A stretch of DNA of 64,000 nt from an uncultured candidate division Zixibacteria bacterium. GTDB taxonomy: Bacteria > Zixibacteria > MSB-5A5 > UBA10806. This document shows, piece after piece, positions 11,690-23,969 of this stretch (the stretch's first letter is position 1; every line of letters starts with the position of its first letter). The DNA is taken from assembly GCA_963801605.1 (NCBI GenBank), contig CAWDFP010000006.1, positions 736,001-800,000 of the forward strand, in the 5' to 3' direction. Below the pieces are notes generated by a model, which had not been told where the DNA came from, ran no database searches, and worked only from the letters and a program-made list of their open reading frames with translations. The position numbers and the translations under genes were made by a program.

Positions 11690-12969
11690 GACGATTAAAG
11701 TAGATTACCTGGCCCGTGTCGAAGGCGAAGGGGCCTTGTTCGTAAAAATAAAAGACAACGCCGTTTCTGATGTCAGATTAGAAATCTTTGAGCCGCCGCG
11801 TTTCTTCGAGGCTTTCCTTCGCGGCAGAAAATTCAGCGAGGCTCCCGATATTACCTCCCGGATCTGTGGCATCTGCCCGGTTGCGTATCAGATGAGCTCC
11901 ATCAACGCTATGGAAACTGCATTTGGAGTACATGTCGATAGCCAAATCCGCGCCCTGCGCCGACTACTGTACTGCGGCGAGTGGATTGAAAGCCACGCCC
12001 TGCATATCTATATGCTTCATGCGCCGGATTTCCTGGGATATGAAGATGCTATCCAGATGGCAAAGGATCACCCACAGGCGGTTATTAAGGCCCTGGAGCT
12101 AAAAAAGCTCGGCAACGATATCATGATTACTCTTGGGCGGTCGGGAAATTCATCCCATGAATGCACGCGTTGGCGGCTTCTACCGCGTACCGCATAAGAG
12201 TGAATTAGCTCCATTTGTGGAACGTCTCAAACGCGCCATCGATCTTTCGGTTGAAACTGTGAAGCTTGTAGCTACTTTTCCCTTCCCCGATTTCGAACAG
12301 GATTATGAATTTGTGGCGCTGCGTCATCCCGATGAATATGCCATCACCGAAGGACGACTCGTTTCTAATAAGGGACTCGATATTCCCATTAGCGATTATG
12401 AGCGTCATTTTGCTGAAGAACACGTAGCCCACGCCAACGCTTTGCACTCGGTGCATATCGGTGTCGGCAACTATTTTGTTGGTCCTCTGGCTCGTTATGC
12501 TCTCAACTATGATAGGCTCACGCCGCTTGCCAAAGAGACAGCCAAAGCGGTTGGCCTTGGCAAGGAGTGCAAAAACCCCTTCAAGAGCATCATTGTCAGA
12601 AGCGTTGAGACAATCTATGCCTGTCAGGAAGCGCTGCGGTTAATTAACGAATATGAAGAGCCCGAGAAGCCGGCGGTCGAAGTCGAACCGCGGGCTGCGA
12701 TAGGTTACGGTTGTACAGAGGCCCCCAGGGGCATCCTCTACCACCGTTATCGTATCGATGAGCATGGCGATATTCTTGATGCCAAGATTGTGCCTCCCAC
12801 ATCCCAGAATCAGAAGACGATTGAGAAAGATCTCTGGCATTTTGTAAATAAGAACATCGATCTTCCCAAGGATAAGCTTACCTGGCAATGCGAGCAGGCC
12901 ATTCGCAACTACGATCCGTGTATCTCCTGCGCCACGCATTTTATTAAGCTTGAAATTTCGCGGGAGTAA
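11679..12969 (+). CDS. hydA: Group 3b [NiFe] hydrogenase alpha (large) subunit, frameshift near 12138
   Basis: ARVEGEG, L1 [16 protein letters not shown]2 DPCISCATH followed by a cleavable tail (FIKLEISRE). Confidence 0.92.
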
Positions 12970-12972
12970 CGT

Positions 12973-13449
12973 ATGTTACCCGGCATGGAGTCCCGCGGCC
13001 TAAAAAAGCTCGTTATCGGCGTCGGTAACGAATTTCGCGGGGATGACGCTGCCGGACTGCTTGTCGCCAGAAAGCTCGTCAAGCTTCAGCCTTCGGGCGT
13101 TGAAATTATTGAATCAAATGGCGATAGCGCCGCCCTGCTTGAACTCTGGAGAGGATCGGACCTGGTCGTGGTGATCGATGCGGTCTTCTCCGGAGAATCA
13201 CCCGGCAAAATCTACCGTTTCGAGCCAATCTCAAATCCCATTCCTCAAAAACTATTTTCCAAAAGCTCAACTCATGACTTTGGTTTGGTGGAGGCAGTTG
13301 AATTATCGCGGGCCTTGGATAGTCTCCCCAAACAGCTAATCGTATATGGAATTGTTGGGGAATCGTTTGATCCGGGGGCAGGTCTTGGCGTGCCTGTAGC
13401 CTCTGCTATTGAGGAGGTTACTTCAAAGGTGCTTGAGGATATCTCTTAA
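12973..13449 (+). CDS. Hydrogenase maturation protease
   Basis: GVGNEFRGDDAAG, IDAV, STH. Confidence 0.9.
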   Translation: MLPGMESRGLKKLVIGVGNEFRGDDAAGLLVARKLVKLQPSGVEIIESNGDSAALLELWRGSDLVVVIDAVFSGESPGKIYRFEPISNPIPQKLFSKSSTHDFGLVEAVELSRALDSLPKQLIVYGIVGESFDPGAGLGVPVASAIEEVTSKVLEDIS

Positions 13450-13566
13450 CGTAATAAAGTAGTGATTGAAAAGGGTGGCGGCCATGAATGTAAAATCGAA
13501 TATAAATGACACCTGTGCTCAAATGGCTGTTTTTTGGGGATTTCATAGTTAAGTGGGGACGGATTA

Positions 13567-15861
13567 ATGCCAGAGAGCAAGAACATATTAGGCGCAAGGA
13601 AGGAACGGCTTAGGATCGTTTTACATGGCGCCGTACAGGGGGTTGGATTTCGCCCCTTTGTTTATCGTCTGGCAACCGAAATGGACCTTGCAGGTTGGGT
13701 GAACAATTCGCCTCAAGGCGTTTTTATCGAGATTGAAGGGGAAAAACCTATCCTCGATAACTTTCTTATCCGCCTCGAAAACGAAAAACCGCCACGTTCA
13801 TTTATTCAGAGTTTGGAATCATCTTATTTGGATCTCGTTCATTATGATGGTTTCGAAGTTCGCCAGAGCGACCAAAGCGGCAAAAAAAACGCGCTGGTCA
13901 TGCCTGATATCGCAACGTGTCCCGATTGCCTTAAGGAAATATTCGATCCCGCGAACCGGCGTTATCTATACCCCTTTACCAATTGCACCAACTGCGGACC
14001 GCGCTTTACGATTATTGAAAATCTCCCTTATGATCGTCTCAATACCACTATGAGAAACTTTCCCATGTGCCCTAACTGCCGGAGAGAATATGACGATCCC
14101 AAAGATCGCCGTTTTCATGCTCAGCCGAACGCCTGCCCTGAGTGCGGACCTCATCTGGAACTATGGGACAGGGATGGGAAAAAGATCGATCTGCGTCACG
14201 AGGCTCTTTTACAAGGGGCCGCAGCTTTAAGGCAGGGGCAAATCCTGGCGCTTAAGGGCGTGGGCGGATTCCATCTTATGGTCGATGCCAGAGATGAGGA
14301 AGCGGTTAAGAGGCTTCGCTCGAAAAAAGCGCGTGAAGAAAAACCTCTGGCCTTGATGTACCCGAATATTGAGATGCTGAAACAACACTGCTATGTGTCG
14401 GAGGCTGAAGAGAGGCTCCTGTTATCGCCGGAGGCTCCTATTGTTCTTTTGAGGAAGAAAAACACCGGAGGACTGGCCGAGTCGGTCGCGCCCGGAAATC
14501 CCTACCTCGGTGTAATGCTGCCCTACTCACCGCTGCATCATATTCTACTTTCCGAACTTGGCTTTCCGGTCGTCGCTACCAGCGGTAATCGCAGCGAAGA
14601 ACCAATTTGTACCGATGAGAATCTGGCGCTTGAGCGGCTTTCCGACATTGCTGATGTCTTCTTAATTCACAACCGCCCGATCGCACGTCATATTGATGAT
14701 TCCATTGTGCGGCTGGCTGCTGGGCGAGAGCTCGTCATGCGGCGGGCGCGCGGTTTTGCTCCGTTACCCATTTATCTCAAAAATCAAGCCCCGCCAATTC
14801 TGGCTGTCGGGGCTCATTTGAAAAACACAGTGGCTTTGGCCATTGATAACCAGGTGGTCATAAGCCAGCATATCGGGGATTTGGAAACGTCACCAGCCCT
14901 TGAAGCTTTTGAAAAGGTGATTGACGACCTCACCAGGCTTTATGACATTAAACCTGATCTTATTAGTTGTGATCTTCATCCTGATTATCTTTCAACGAAG
15001 TATGCCCGAAAACGAGAAGGGGAAATTGTTTCGGTACAGCATCACTACGCCCATATACTGTCATGTATGGCTGAGTGTGAAATTGAAGCTCCGGCGTTGG
15101 GTGTTTCCTGGGATGGCACTGGTTTGGGGCCGGACAATACCATCTGGGGCGGCGAGTTCTTGAAAATAAATAATGCTTCATTTGAACGCGTTGCTCATCT
15201 TCGCCAATTTAAACTTCCGGGAGGCGAGAGGGCCGTTGTTGAACCGCGCCGCGCCGCCCTGGGAATTCTTCATGAGATTTATGGAAGTGATTTCGCCGAA
15301 GCGCTTGATCTGCCCACACTCCAGGCATTCGGTAAGGAGGAGCTTACTCTTATCACCAAAATGCTTGAGCAAAATCTTAACTCTCCGATAACATCAAGCG
15401 CCGGCCGCCTGTTTGACGCCGTAAGCTCCCTTATTGGAATAAGGCAAATCATGCGCTATGAAGGCCAGGCCGCTATGGAGCTTGAGTTTATAATCGGAGA
15501 TTACGTCACCGATGAAAGCTATCGATTTGAAGTAATGGAAAATAATGGAATCATGGTTGTGGATTGGGAGCCATTAGTCTGCAATATAATAGAGGATTGC
15601 AGGAAGGGGCTTGCATCCGGGCTAATTTCGACTAAATTCCACAATAGTATGGCTGAGATAATAGTCAAAATCGCCAGGCGCGAAGGGGAGAGGAAAGTGG
15701 TTCTCTCCGGTGGATGTTTCCAGAATAAATATCTTCTGGAGCGAAGCATTACCCGCCTGGAAAATGAGGGTTTTCGTCCTTACTGGCACCAGCGGATTCC
15801 CCCCAACGATGGTGGTATAGCGCTGGGGCAAATTATGGCGGCCATCAGACAGAAGGAGTAG
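13567..15861 (+). CDS. hypF: Carbamoyltransferase HypF
   Basis: GAVQGVGFRPFVY acylphosphatase domain, zinc-finger CxxC pairs, HHYAH, DGTG, NDGGIALGQ. Confidence 0.97.
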   Translation: MPESKNILGARKERLRIVLHGAVQGVGFRPFVYRLATEMDLAGWVNNSPQGVFIEIEGEKPILDNFLIRLENEKPPRSFIQSLESSYLDLVHYDGFEVRQSDQSGKKNALVMPDIATCPDCLKEIFDPANRRYLYPFTNCTNCGPRFTIIENLPYDRLNTTMRNFPMCPNCRREYDDPKDRRFHAQPNACPECGPHLELWDRDGKKIDLRHEALLQGAAALRQGQILALKGVGGFHLMVDARDEEAVKRLRSKKAREEKPLALMYPNIEMLKQHCYVSEAEERLLLSPEAPIVLLRKKNTGGLAESVAPGNPYLGVMLPYSPLHHILLSELGFPVVATSGNRSEEPICTDENLALERLSDIADVFLIHNRPIARHIDDSIVRLAAGRELVMRRARGFAPLPIYLKNQAPPILAVGAHLKNTVALAIDNQVVISQHIGDLETSPALEAFEKVIDDLTRLYDIKPDLISCDLHPDYLSTKYARKREGEIVSVQHHYAHILSCMAECEIEAPALGVSWDGTGLGPDNTIWGGEFLKINNASFERVAHLRQFKLPGGERAVVEPRRAALGILHEIYGSDFAEALDLPTLQAFGKEELTLITKMLEQNLNSPITSSAGRLFDAVSSLIGIRQIMRYEGQAAMELEFIIGDYVTDESYRFEVMENNGIMVVDWEPLVCNIIEDCRKGLASGLISTKFHNSMAEIIVKIARREGERKVVLSGGCFQNKYLLERSITRLENEGFRPYWHQRIPPNDGGIALGQIMAAIRQKE

Positions 15862-15865
15862 TATC

Positions 15866-16114
15866 ATGTGTTTGGCAATACCGGGGAAAATTACTGAGAT
15901 AATCGATAACGATCCTATTATGCGAACCGGAAAAGTGAGTTTCGGTGGAATCGTTAAAGAAATTAATCTCGCTTACGTGCCTGAAGCTGGAATCGGCGAT
16001 TACGTCATAGTGCATGCCGGTTTTGCCATCAGTAAACTTGACGAGAAAGAGGCAAATGAAGTTTTGGCCTATCTCAAAGAGATTGGTGATCTGGAGGAGT
16101 TGATCGAGCCGTGA
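15866..16114 (+). CDS. hypC: HypC chaperone
   Basis: MCLAIPG...[11 protein letters not shown]. Confidence 0.97.
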   Translation: MCLAIPGKITEIIDNDPIMRTGKVSFGGIVKEINLAYVPEAGIGDYVIVHAGFAISKLDEKEANEVLAYLKEIGDLEELIEP

Positions 16115-17214
16115 AGTATCTGGATGAGTATCGCGATCAGGCAGCCTGCGAGAAATATGTGGAGGCTATCTCGCGTATCACCAAACGCGGCTGGACCATC
16201 ATGGAAATCTGCGGCGGCCAGACGCATAGTATTATCAAATATGGGATTGATCAACTTTTGCCGAAAGAGATTACTCTCGTTCACGGGCCTGGCTGCCCGG
16301 TTTGTGTAACACCGTTGGAGTTGATCGAAAAGGCCATTGAGATTGCATCCAGGCCAGAAGTCATCTTCTGTTCATTTGGCGATATGCTTCGTGTCCCCGG
16401 AAGTAATAGAGATTTGCTTGCTGTTAAGGCTTCCGGTGGCGATGTGAGAATTGTCTACTCTCCGCTTGATGCGCTAAAAATTGCCCGTGAGAACCCCGAA
16501 AAGGAAGTCGTATTTTTCGCAGTCGGCTTTGAAACCACAGCTCCTGCCAACGCAATGGCAGTTTTTCAGGCCAATCGCGAAGGCCTAAAGAATTTTTCAA
16601 TCCTCGTTTCTCATGTCCTGGTTCCTCCTGCAATGGAGGCGATACTTTCAGCAAAGGATAATCTCGTACAGGGCTTCCTGGCTGCCGGCCATGTCTGCGC
16701 CGTTATGGGTTACGCAGAGTATGAGCCGCTGGCGAAAAAATATAATGTCCCTATCGTCGTTACGGGCTTTGAGCCACTTGATATTTTTCAGGGGATATAT
16801 ATGACAGTCAAGCAGCTTGAGGAAGGTAGAACCGAGGTTGAAAATCAATACAGCCGGGTGGTGCGTCGCGAAGGAAACGTATCTGCTAAAAATTTGATTT
16901 CCGAGATATTCGAAATTGTGCCTCGCAAGTGGCGCGGCGTAGGCGAGATTCCGCATAGCGGCTTGGGGATTCGCGAACCGTATCGGGTATTTGATGCTGA
17001 ATTGCGCTTTGGCCTTTCCAATCACAAAGTTGATGAGCCTTCGGAATGTATTAGCGGAATCATTTTACGCGGCCTTAAAACCCCGTTCGAATGCCCGGTA
17101 TTTGGAACTCGCTGCACGCCGGAGCATCCCTTTGGGGCTACCATGGTTTCTTCCGAGGGAGCTTGCGCAGCTTACTACCGTTATCGTAGAGCGGAAAACG
17201 GGTTAAAATCATAA
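16111..17214 (+). CDS. hypD: Hydrogenase formation protein HypD
   Basis: [33 protein letters not shown]. Confidence 0.97.
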   Translation: MKYLDEYRDQAACEKYVEAISRITKRGWTIMEICGGQTHSIIKYGIDQLLPKEITLVHGPGCPVCVTPLELIEKAIEIASRPEVIFCSFGDMLRVPGSNRDLLAVKASGGDVRIVYSPLDALKIARENPEKEVVFFAVGFETTAPANAMAVFQANREGLKNFSILVSHVLVPPAMEAILSAKDNLVQGFLAAGHVCAVMGYAEYEPLAKKYNVPIVVTGFEPLDIFQGIYMTVKQLEEGRTEVENQYSRVVRREGNVSAKNLISEIFEIVPRKWRGVGEIPHSGLGIREPYRVFDAELRFGLSNHKVDEPSECISGIILRGLKTPFECPVFGTRCTPEHPFGATMVSSEGACAAYYRYRRAENGLKS

Positions 17215-17222
17215 AGGATATT

Positions 17223-18264
17223 ATGGAATTTCTCCAGTTGCCCGCTTCCAATTCAAAACTATCCCAATATTCTGTTGGCTCATGGCGGCGGCGGCAAACT
17301 CATGCATGATTTAATCGAGAAGATCTTCATGACATCCTTTTCCAACCCCACACTTGAAACCCGTCACGATAGCGCCGTCATAAATCTCGGAGAAATCAGA
17401 ATTGCCTTTACCACTGATTCCTATGTGGTCCATCCTCTCTTTTTCCCCGGGGGTGATATCGGCGCTCTCGCGATCAATGGTACTGTAAACGATCTGGCCA
17501 TGTCCGGAGCGTGCCCCAAATTTCTTTCAACTGGTTTTATTATCGAGGAGGGCCTTCCCACCGAAACGCTGTGGAAAGTAACTCAATCTATGAAATTTGC
17601 CGCTGAGGCTGCCGGAGTTTCCCTTGTAACCGGCGATACTAAAGTAGTCGATCGGGGAAAAGGCGATGGGCTTTTCATTAATACCGCCGGGATTGGGATT
17701 ATAAATCATAATTTGAATATTGCGCCTTCGAGTATTGCCCCCGGTGACGTTATCATCTTAAACGGCGATATCGGCCGGCATGGAATCGCAATCATGGCAG
17801 TCCGTGAGGGATTGGCGTTTGAAAGCGAAATCGAAAGCGATTGTGCGCCATTAAATGGCACCATCTCCAAACTTATTGATTCCGGATTAGCTGTGCATTG
17901 TCTGCGCGATCTCACTCGCGGCGGTTTGGCCAGTGCCCTGGTTGAATTAGCGGAGGCTTCGCGCCAGCACATTAATATCGATGAAAATTTTATTCCGGTA
18001 CGTGAGGATGTTCAAGGCGCTTGCGAGATAATGGGATTCGATCCAATTTACGTTGCCAACGAGGGACGATTTATTGCGATAGTCCCCGAAGCCGAGGCGG
18101 GCCGGGCATTAGAAATCCTATCGGGCGACCCTCAGGGAATAGGTTCTGCTATTATCGGTCATGTTGGAGGCGGCAGGCCGGGTTTTGTCACTATGAAAAG
18201 TAAAATAGGAGTTAACCGCGTCGTCGATATGTTAAGCGGCGAACAACTTCCGCGAATCTGCTAA
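17223..18264 (+). CDS. hypE: HypE; probable start ATG 17223 with a frameshift near 17230
   Basis: [47 protein letters not shown]-terminal LPRIC; AAAGGA before 17223. Confidence 0.95.
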
Positions 18265-18795
18265 ATGAGGCAACAGATGAACCATCGATACTTGATTGTG
18301 AGCCTTTGCGTATTAACACTTTTCGGGGCCTGTTCAAAATCTGAAAAAAACAATGTAATAAGAGAATATCCGCTTAATAACCAGGATTATGTTATCGTTA
18401 GTGAAAATGTGTTTTTCGATAAAGATATCTCCAGCGATAATCATGGTTCTCTTCGGATTGAAGCTGAGAAGCCTACAATTATTCCAATTATAAAAGTTAC
18501 TGATCTTAAAATTGATAATACTCGCCTGATTTTTTCCGCTAAAATCAGGACTCAACAGATCATTGGGCAAGTATACCTGGAAATGATCTGTAATCTTCCC
18601 GAACAAAATTCTCTTTCTGCAACGGCGCAAGCAACTCTACTATCCGGCTCCAGCGATTGGAAGGAACAAGCGGCCTCCATTGATCTTCAAAAAAATCAAG
18701 TTCCTGATTCGCTGATTTTAAATCTTGTCATTAATGGGCGGGGCTTAGTTTGGATAGACGATATCAAGCTTTCCAGCGCTCCGTTAAATAAGTAA
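18265..18795 (+). CDS. Lipoprotein, possible jelly-roll/CBM-like domain
   Basis: LFGAC lipobox; beta-rich with C-terminal G.VWIDDIKL. Confidence 0.6.
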   Translation: MRQQMNHRYLIVSLCVLTLFGACSKSEKNNVIREYPLNNQDYVIVSENVFFDKDISSDNHGSLRIEAEKPTIIPIIKVTDLKIDNTRLIFSAKIRTQQIIGQVYLEMICNLPEQNSLSATAQATLLSGSSDWKEQAASIDLQKNQVPDSLILNLVINGRGLVWIDDIKLSSAPLNK

Positions 18796-19046
18796 ACAAT
18801 CCTCCGATAAAATTTATGAGCTTTTAGCCGACCCCCGTTCTAATAACATTTGACGCGTAAGCCATTATTCTTCATCGGGTAACGGTAGACCATAAAATGC
18901 GCGTATCCCATTTTGGATGCACGATAGCGAACGTCTTTGCTTTTAGTATGTAGCGTCCAAGCTATTTTTATCACGGGAGTTGCAAAGCAATAAGGCATTT
19001 TTACCCTAAAGTTAAAACGATTCAAAAAAATGACGATAATGCCAAT

Positions 19047-22000
19047 ATGTCAGATAATACCCTTTCAGTTCAGATTCCAACTCAAGCGCCCGCAAGCGAT
19101 AAAGTTCGGCCTGACGCTAGTTCGTTCCAGGCTCAACACATATCAATGTTTAAACTTGGATTCGAGCGATCTTCCGAAGCCATATTCTTCACCGATCTTG
19201 AGGGGATAATCCTTTACGTCAACCCCGCATTTCAGAAAATTTATGGTTATAGCCAACAAGAGGCTATAGGCAATACTCCTCGTATTCTTAAGTCTGGCCT
19301 TCTTTCTCAAGAGAGCTATGTAAATTTCTGGGAAAGGCTGCTAAATAGGGAAGTAGTCTCCGGAGAGTTAGTAAACAAGACCAAGGACGGGCGCTATATC
19401 GTAATTGATGCTTCGGCTAATCCTGTGCTCAATGACGATGGCAAGATAATTGGGTTCCTTGCGATTCAAAGGGATATTACTGAACGAAAACAAGCTTATG
19501 ATGCCTTACGCGAAAATGAAGAACGCTTTCGTACGATTTTTGAAATGGGGCCGTTTCCCATGGTTTTATCGAATAAATCATTCAAATTCATTCGAGCTAA
19601 TGCTGCATTTTGCAGAATGCTGGGATATTCAGAAGACGAACTAACCCAACTTACATTTCAGGATATTACTCATCCTGATTACGTAGCTCGGGATACCGAA
19701 GCGGTTCTAAAGGTTTGTTCGGGAGAACTACCGGTATTTAACGCCGAAAAAAGATATCTGCGAAAAGATGGCAGTATCGTTTGGGGTGCTGTTACCTTGA
19801 GCCGCATATGCAATACCGATGGTCGTCTTTTATACATATTGGCTATGATCGAAGATATTAATGAGCGAAAAATTGCAGAGCAGGCCCTGCGAGAAAATGC
19901 GGAAAGATTCAGAGGCGTCTTCCAAAATGCCACGATAGGCCTATATAGAACCACGCCTGACGGCAAAATTTTAATGGCAAATCCCACGCTAATCAGGATG
20001 CTTGGATATAATTCATTTGAGGAATTGACCGAACGGAATCTTGAAGAATTCGGCCATAGCCAACAACATCCTCGATCCATTTTCAAGAAGATGATGGAGC
20101 AGGTGGGCGTTGTTCATGGACTTGAATCTGTCTGGCAAAAAACCGATGGAAGCTTTGTTCAAGTATTGGAAAGCGCCAGCGCCTTAAAAGACGAAAACGG
20201 TAATATTGTCTTTTATGAGGGTACCGTAGAAGATATTACCGAGCGAAAGCTGGCCGAGGAGGCGTTGCGGGCCTCAGAGGAAAGATATAAGCTGTTAATT
20301 GAAAATGCCAACGATGCCATCTTTGTGGTTCAGGATCAACAAATAATCTTTGCAAACAGCAAAATCTCCGGGATCATTGGATATGATGAAAAAGGAAATT
20401 ATCAACAGGCCATTTTCCGATTTTATTCATCCTGATGATAAGAACATGGTGGTAAAACGCCATCTGGCGCGAATAGCAGGGGAACAAGCAGAAAGCACCT
20501 ATACTTTCCGAGTACTTCATAGGGATGGCAACACCAGGTGGCTGGAAATAAACGCGGTTAAAATTGATTGGCAGGGAAAACCGGCGACCCTGAATTTTGG
20601 ACGCGATATTACAGCGCGCGTCCAGGCCGAAAAGAATATCAAAGATAGCGAGCAGCGCCATCGAATATTATTCGAAAATATGATGGAGGGGCTTGCTTAC
20701 TGCCAAATGATTTATGATGATAAAGGCGATCCGGTAGATTGGATTTATCTCGATGTAAACACTGCTTTTGAGCATCTGACCGGAATAAAAGACGTGGTTG
20801 GCAAGAAAGTTACCGAGATATTCACAAATATAAAGGAAATAACTCCAGAGTTATTTGAAATTTATGGGCGAGTGGCATCATCGGGTCAGCCGGAGACATT
20901 CGAAATTAACTTCAAGCCCTTATCCGCGTGGCTTCACGTTTCGGCCTATAGCCCATCGAAAGGATATTTTGTAGCCGTATTCGAAAATATCACCGGACGC
21001 AAACAAGCAGAATCCCAAATACAAATCGAGAAAGCTTATTTTGAACAGCTGTTTGTAACTGCTCCCGAGGCAATCGTCGTCGGTAACGCCGATGGTAAAG
21101 TTATTCGTACCAATCCGGAGTTTACCCGGATGTTTGGTTACTTCCAGGAAGAGGCGATAGGGAATTTAATCGATGATTTATTAGCACCAGGAGAGACAGC
21201 GCAAGGAGGCCAATTCCCTTACCGTTAGGGCTGCTTTCGGCGAAACCATTATAAGCGAAGGAATCAGATATCGAAAGGACGGTCAGCCGGTCAACGTATC
21301 CATCCTGGGTACCCCGGTCAGGATCGGCGAAGATCAAATCGCAATTTATGCCATTTATCGGGATATCACGGAGCAGAAAAAAGCGGAAGAAGCTCTGCGG
21401 CATAGCGAGAGATTCCTGAAAGACTCGTTTGATGGGATACAGGACGGATTGTGCGTCATAGATCGGGAATTAAATATTCTTCTGGTAAATAAAACCGAGG
21501 AAACAAGATATTCTCATGCCTTACCCCTGGTGGGAAAGAAGTGTTTTCAGGCATATCATGGTAGAACTGTCCCCTGCGAAATATGTCCGACTATTCGCGC
21601 CATGGAGTTGGGGATACCTCAAATGGATCGTATTCCCCTTGATAGCCCGAGCGGAATTACGGCCTGGCTGGATGTTTACGCTTATCCCATGAAAGATGCC
21701 GATGGGAAGATAATCGGGGTAATTGAAAATGCCCGCGATGTGACCGAGAAGAAAGTTGCGGATGAGTTAATTCAGGCCCGTACATTGTTTTTGGCCAGGC
21801 TGCTTGGGTTAACCGATGCCAGTGAATTGGCTACTCTGGCGTTCGAACACATACGTCATTTTATGCCGATAGATGCCGGAGCCTTAACCATAGCCCATAA
21901 CAATAAAGCCGAATACGAACTTGTATTCTCCGCGGATACAGATGAAAACGGAAACCTTTCGGTTACAACTAATCGCGGCTATATTGCGATGGATTCCAAC

Positions 22001-23836
22001 ACTTCCACAGACCGCGTATTTCGAAACGGCCTAAAATTGATCATTCATCGAACCGAAGAAGAAGCCAGCCAAATTATTCCCTTCAACAAAAGTATGCCGG
22101 CTTATAATAATCGCGTTTCAAGATCGCTGGCCTATTTCCCGTTAATAGTGCACGGCAATACCCTGGGAGTCTTCAGTATATTAAGTTATCAACCTGATAT
22201 TTTTACCGAATCGCGGTTAAATCTTCTAGAAATAATAATGGCGGATTTGGCATTGGCGCTGACCGCAGTCAGGATGACTGAAGCCCTCAAGTCATCCGAG
22301 GAGAAATACAGAAATCTCATAGAAACCATGCCGAATGGTATGCTAATAATAGATATCGATTATAATATAAAATTCGCGAATCCCATTGCCTGTGAGATGT
22401 ATGGTTATTCACTATCCGAAATTCTCGATATGAACTTTAGTAAGCTTGTTTGCCAGGATTCGCTCGGTATATTTATGGAGCAAATGCAAAAGCGCCGTAA
22501 TGGCGAGGGCGGGGAATATGAAATACAAATTACGCGTGGAGATGGTGAAAAGCGCACAATTATGATTGTGGGAGCGCCGTTGCGCGATCAAAGCAATGCC
22601 TTTTGCGGAGCGATAGGAATCTGTAGCGATGTTACGGAGATAAGAAGATCAGAAATTGAAAGGCAAGAACTGCGTGAAAAGCTTGCTCGCGCCCAGCGTA
22701 TGGAGTCTCTGGGAGTATTGGCCGGCGGAGTGGCCCATGACCTCAATAATATCCTGGGGCCGCTGGTGGCTTATCCTGAACTGATAAGGATGAAGCTACC
22801 GACCGAAAGCCCAATTATAAATCAGATTACTAAAATTGAATCATCGGCTCAACGCGCCGCGGAAGTTGTCCAGGACCTTCTTTCCATGGCTCGTCGCGGG
22901 CGCTATGAAATGCGTCCTATCTGCTTGAATAAGGTTGTTGAGAGCTATATACAATCGCCGGACTTTTTCGATCTTAAAATGCGATTTCCCGGCGTTTCCT
23001 TAAATTTAGAGCTTTCAGATGACAGGCGTTTGGTATTCGGTTCCGAACTGCATCTCTATAAAGTTGTCATGAATTTAGTCCTCAATGCCATGGACGCTAT
23101 GCAAAATGGTGGCGCTCTCACAATAAAAACGGAATGTCGCCAGATTGACAAATTGATAGGCGGTTACGATAATATTGAAGCCGGCTATTATAATATTCTA
23201 ACCGTCAGCGACACCGGAGTGGGGATTGAAACTAAAGACTACAAACGCCTGTTTGAACCATTTTATACCAAGAAAGAGATGGGCAAAAGCGGTAGCGGCC
23301 TGGGATTGGCAATCGTTTACGGCGTGGTAAAAGATCATAACGGATATATCGATGTGCGCAGCCAGACCGACCACGGGAGCGATTTTATCGTTTATATCCC
23401 TGCCACGTCCGAAATCGCTGTGGAAGATACGCCAGAGCCCTCCTCAATCAAGGGTAACGAGCGTATTCTTATCGTGGATGATATCCCCGAGCAGCGCGAA
23501 TTAGCGGTAACGATTTTGGGAAGTCTGGGCTACAATGCCGAATGCGTTCCCGACGGCCATGCCGCCGTGGAATATCTTAAAACTGGAACCGTTGATGTCG
23601 TTGTACTTGATATGATTATGGAACCGGGGTTCGACGGACTCGATACTTATCGGGAAATTCTGAAAATTCATCCTGGCCAAAAGGCGATTATTACGAGCGG
23701 TTTTTCGGAAACTGATCGAGTCAAAGAAGCCGAAAAATTGGGTGTAGGCAAATATATTAGAAAGCCCTATACCATGCAAAAGCTTGGGAAAGCCATTAGA
23801 GAAACGCTGGATTGCCCGCTCGCCCTCAATACTTAG
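19047..23836 (+). CDS. Cytoplasmic hybrid histidine kinase (8 PAS, GAF, HisKA, HATPase, REC), frameshifts near 20390 and 21195
   Basis: Repeated PAS/PAC ends (DITERK, DINERK, NITGRK, DITEQK); AHDLNN, NLVLNA.DAM, DTGVG, FEPFYT, GSGLGL; receiver IVDD...LDMIM...KP. The stretch 21200-21448 is open in frame with the last ORF. Confidence 0.88.
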
Positions 23837-23969
23837 TTTTGGGTATTATTACAAATGAAAGCCTAAGTATTTATGACCTGGAATTAATATTCACGCAGAG
23901 TATTACTGCTATTAATCCACTACCAAAAAATATAACGCATAGTAATCAACAGATCTTCAGGATAATGCT

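Noticed and set aside
11679..12969. Split hydA as programmed frameshifting or a pseudogene
   Set aside because: No clear slippery site, both halves are conserved, and similar indels occur across unrelated genes.
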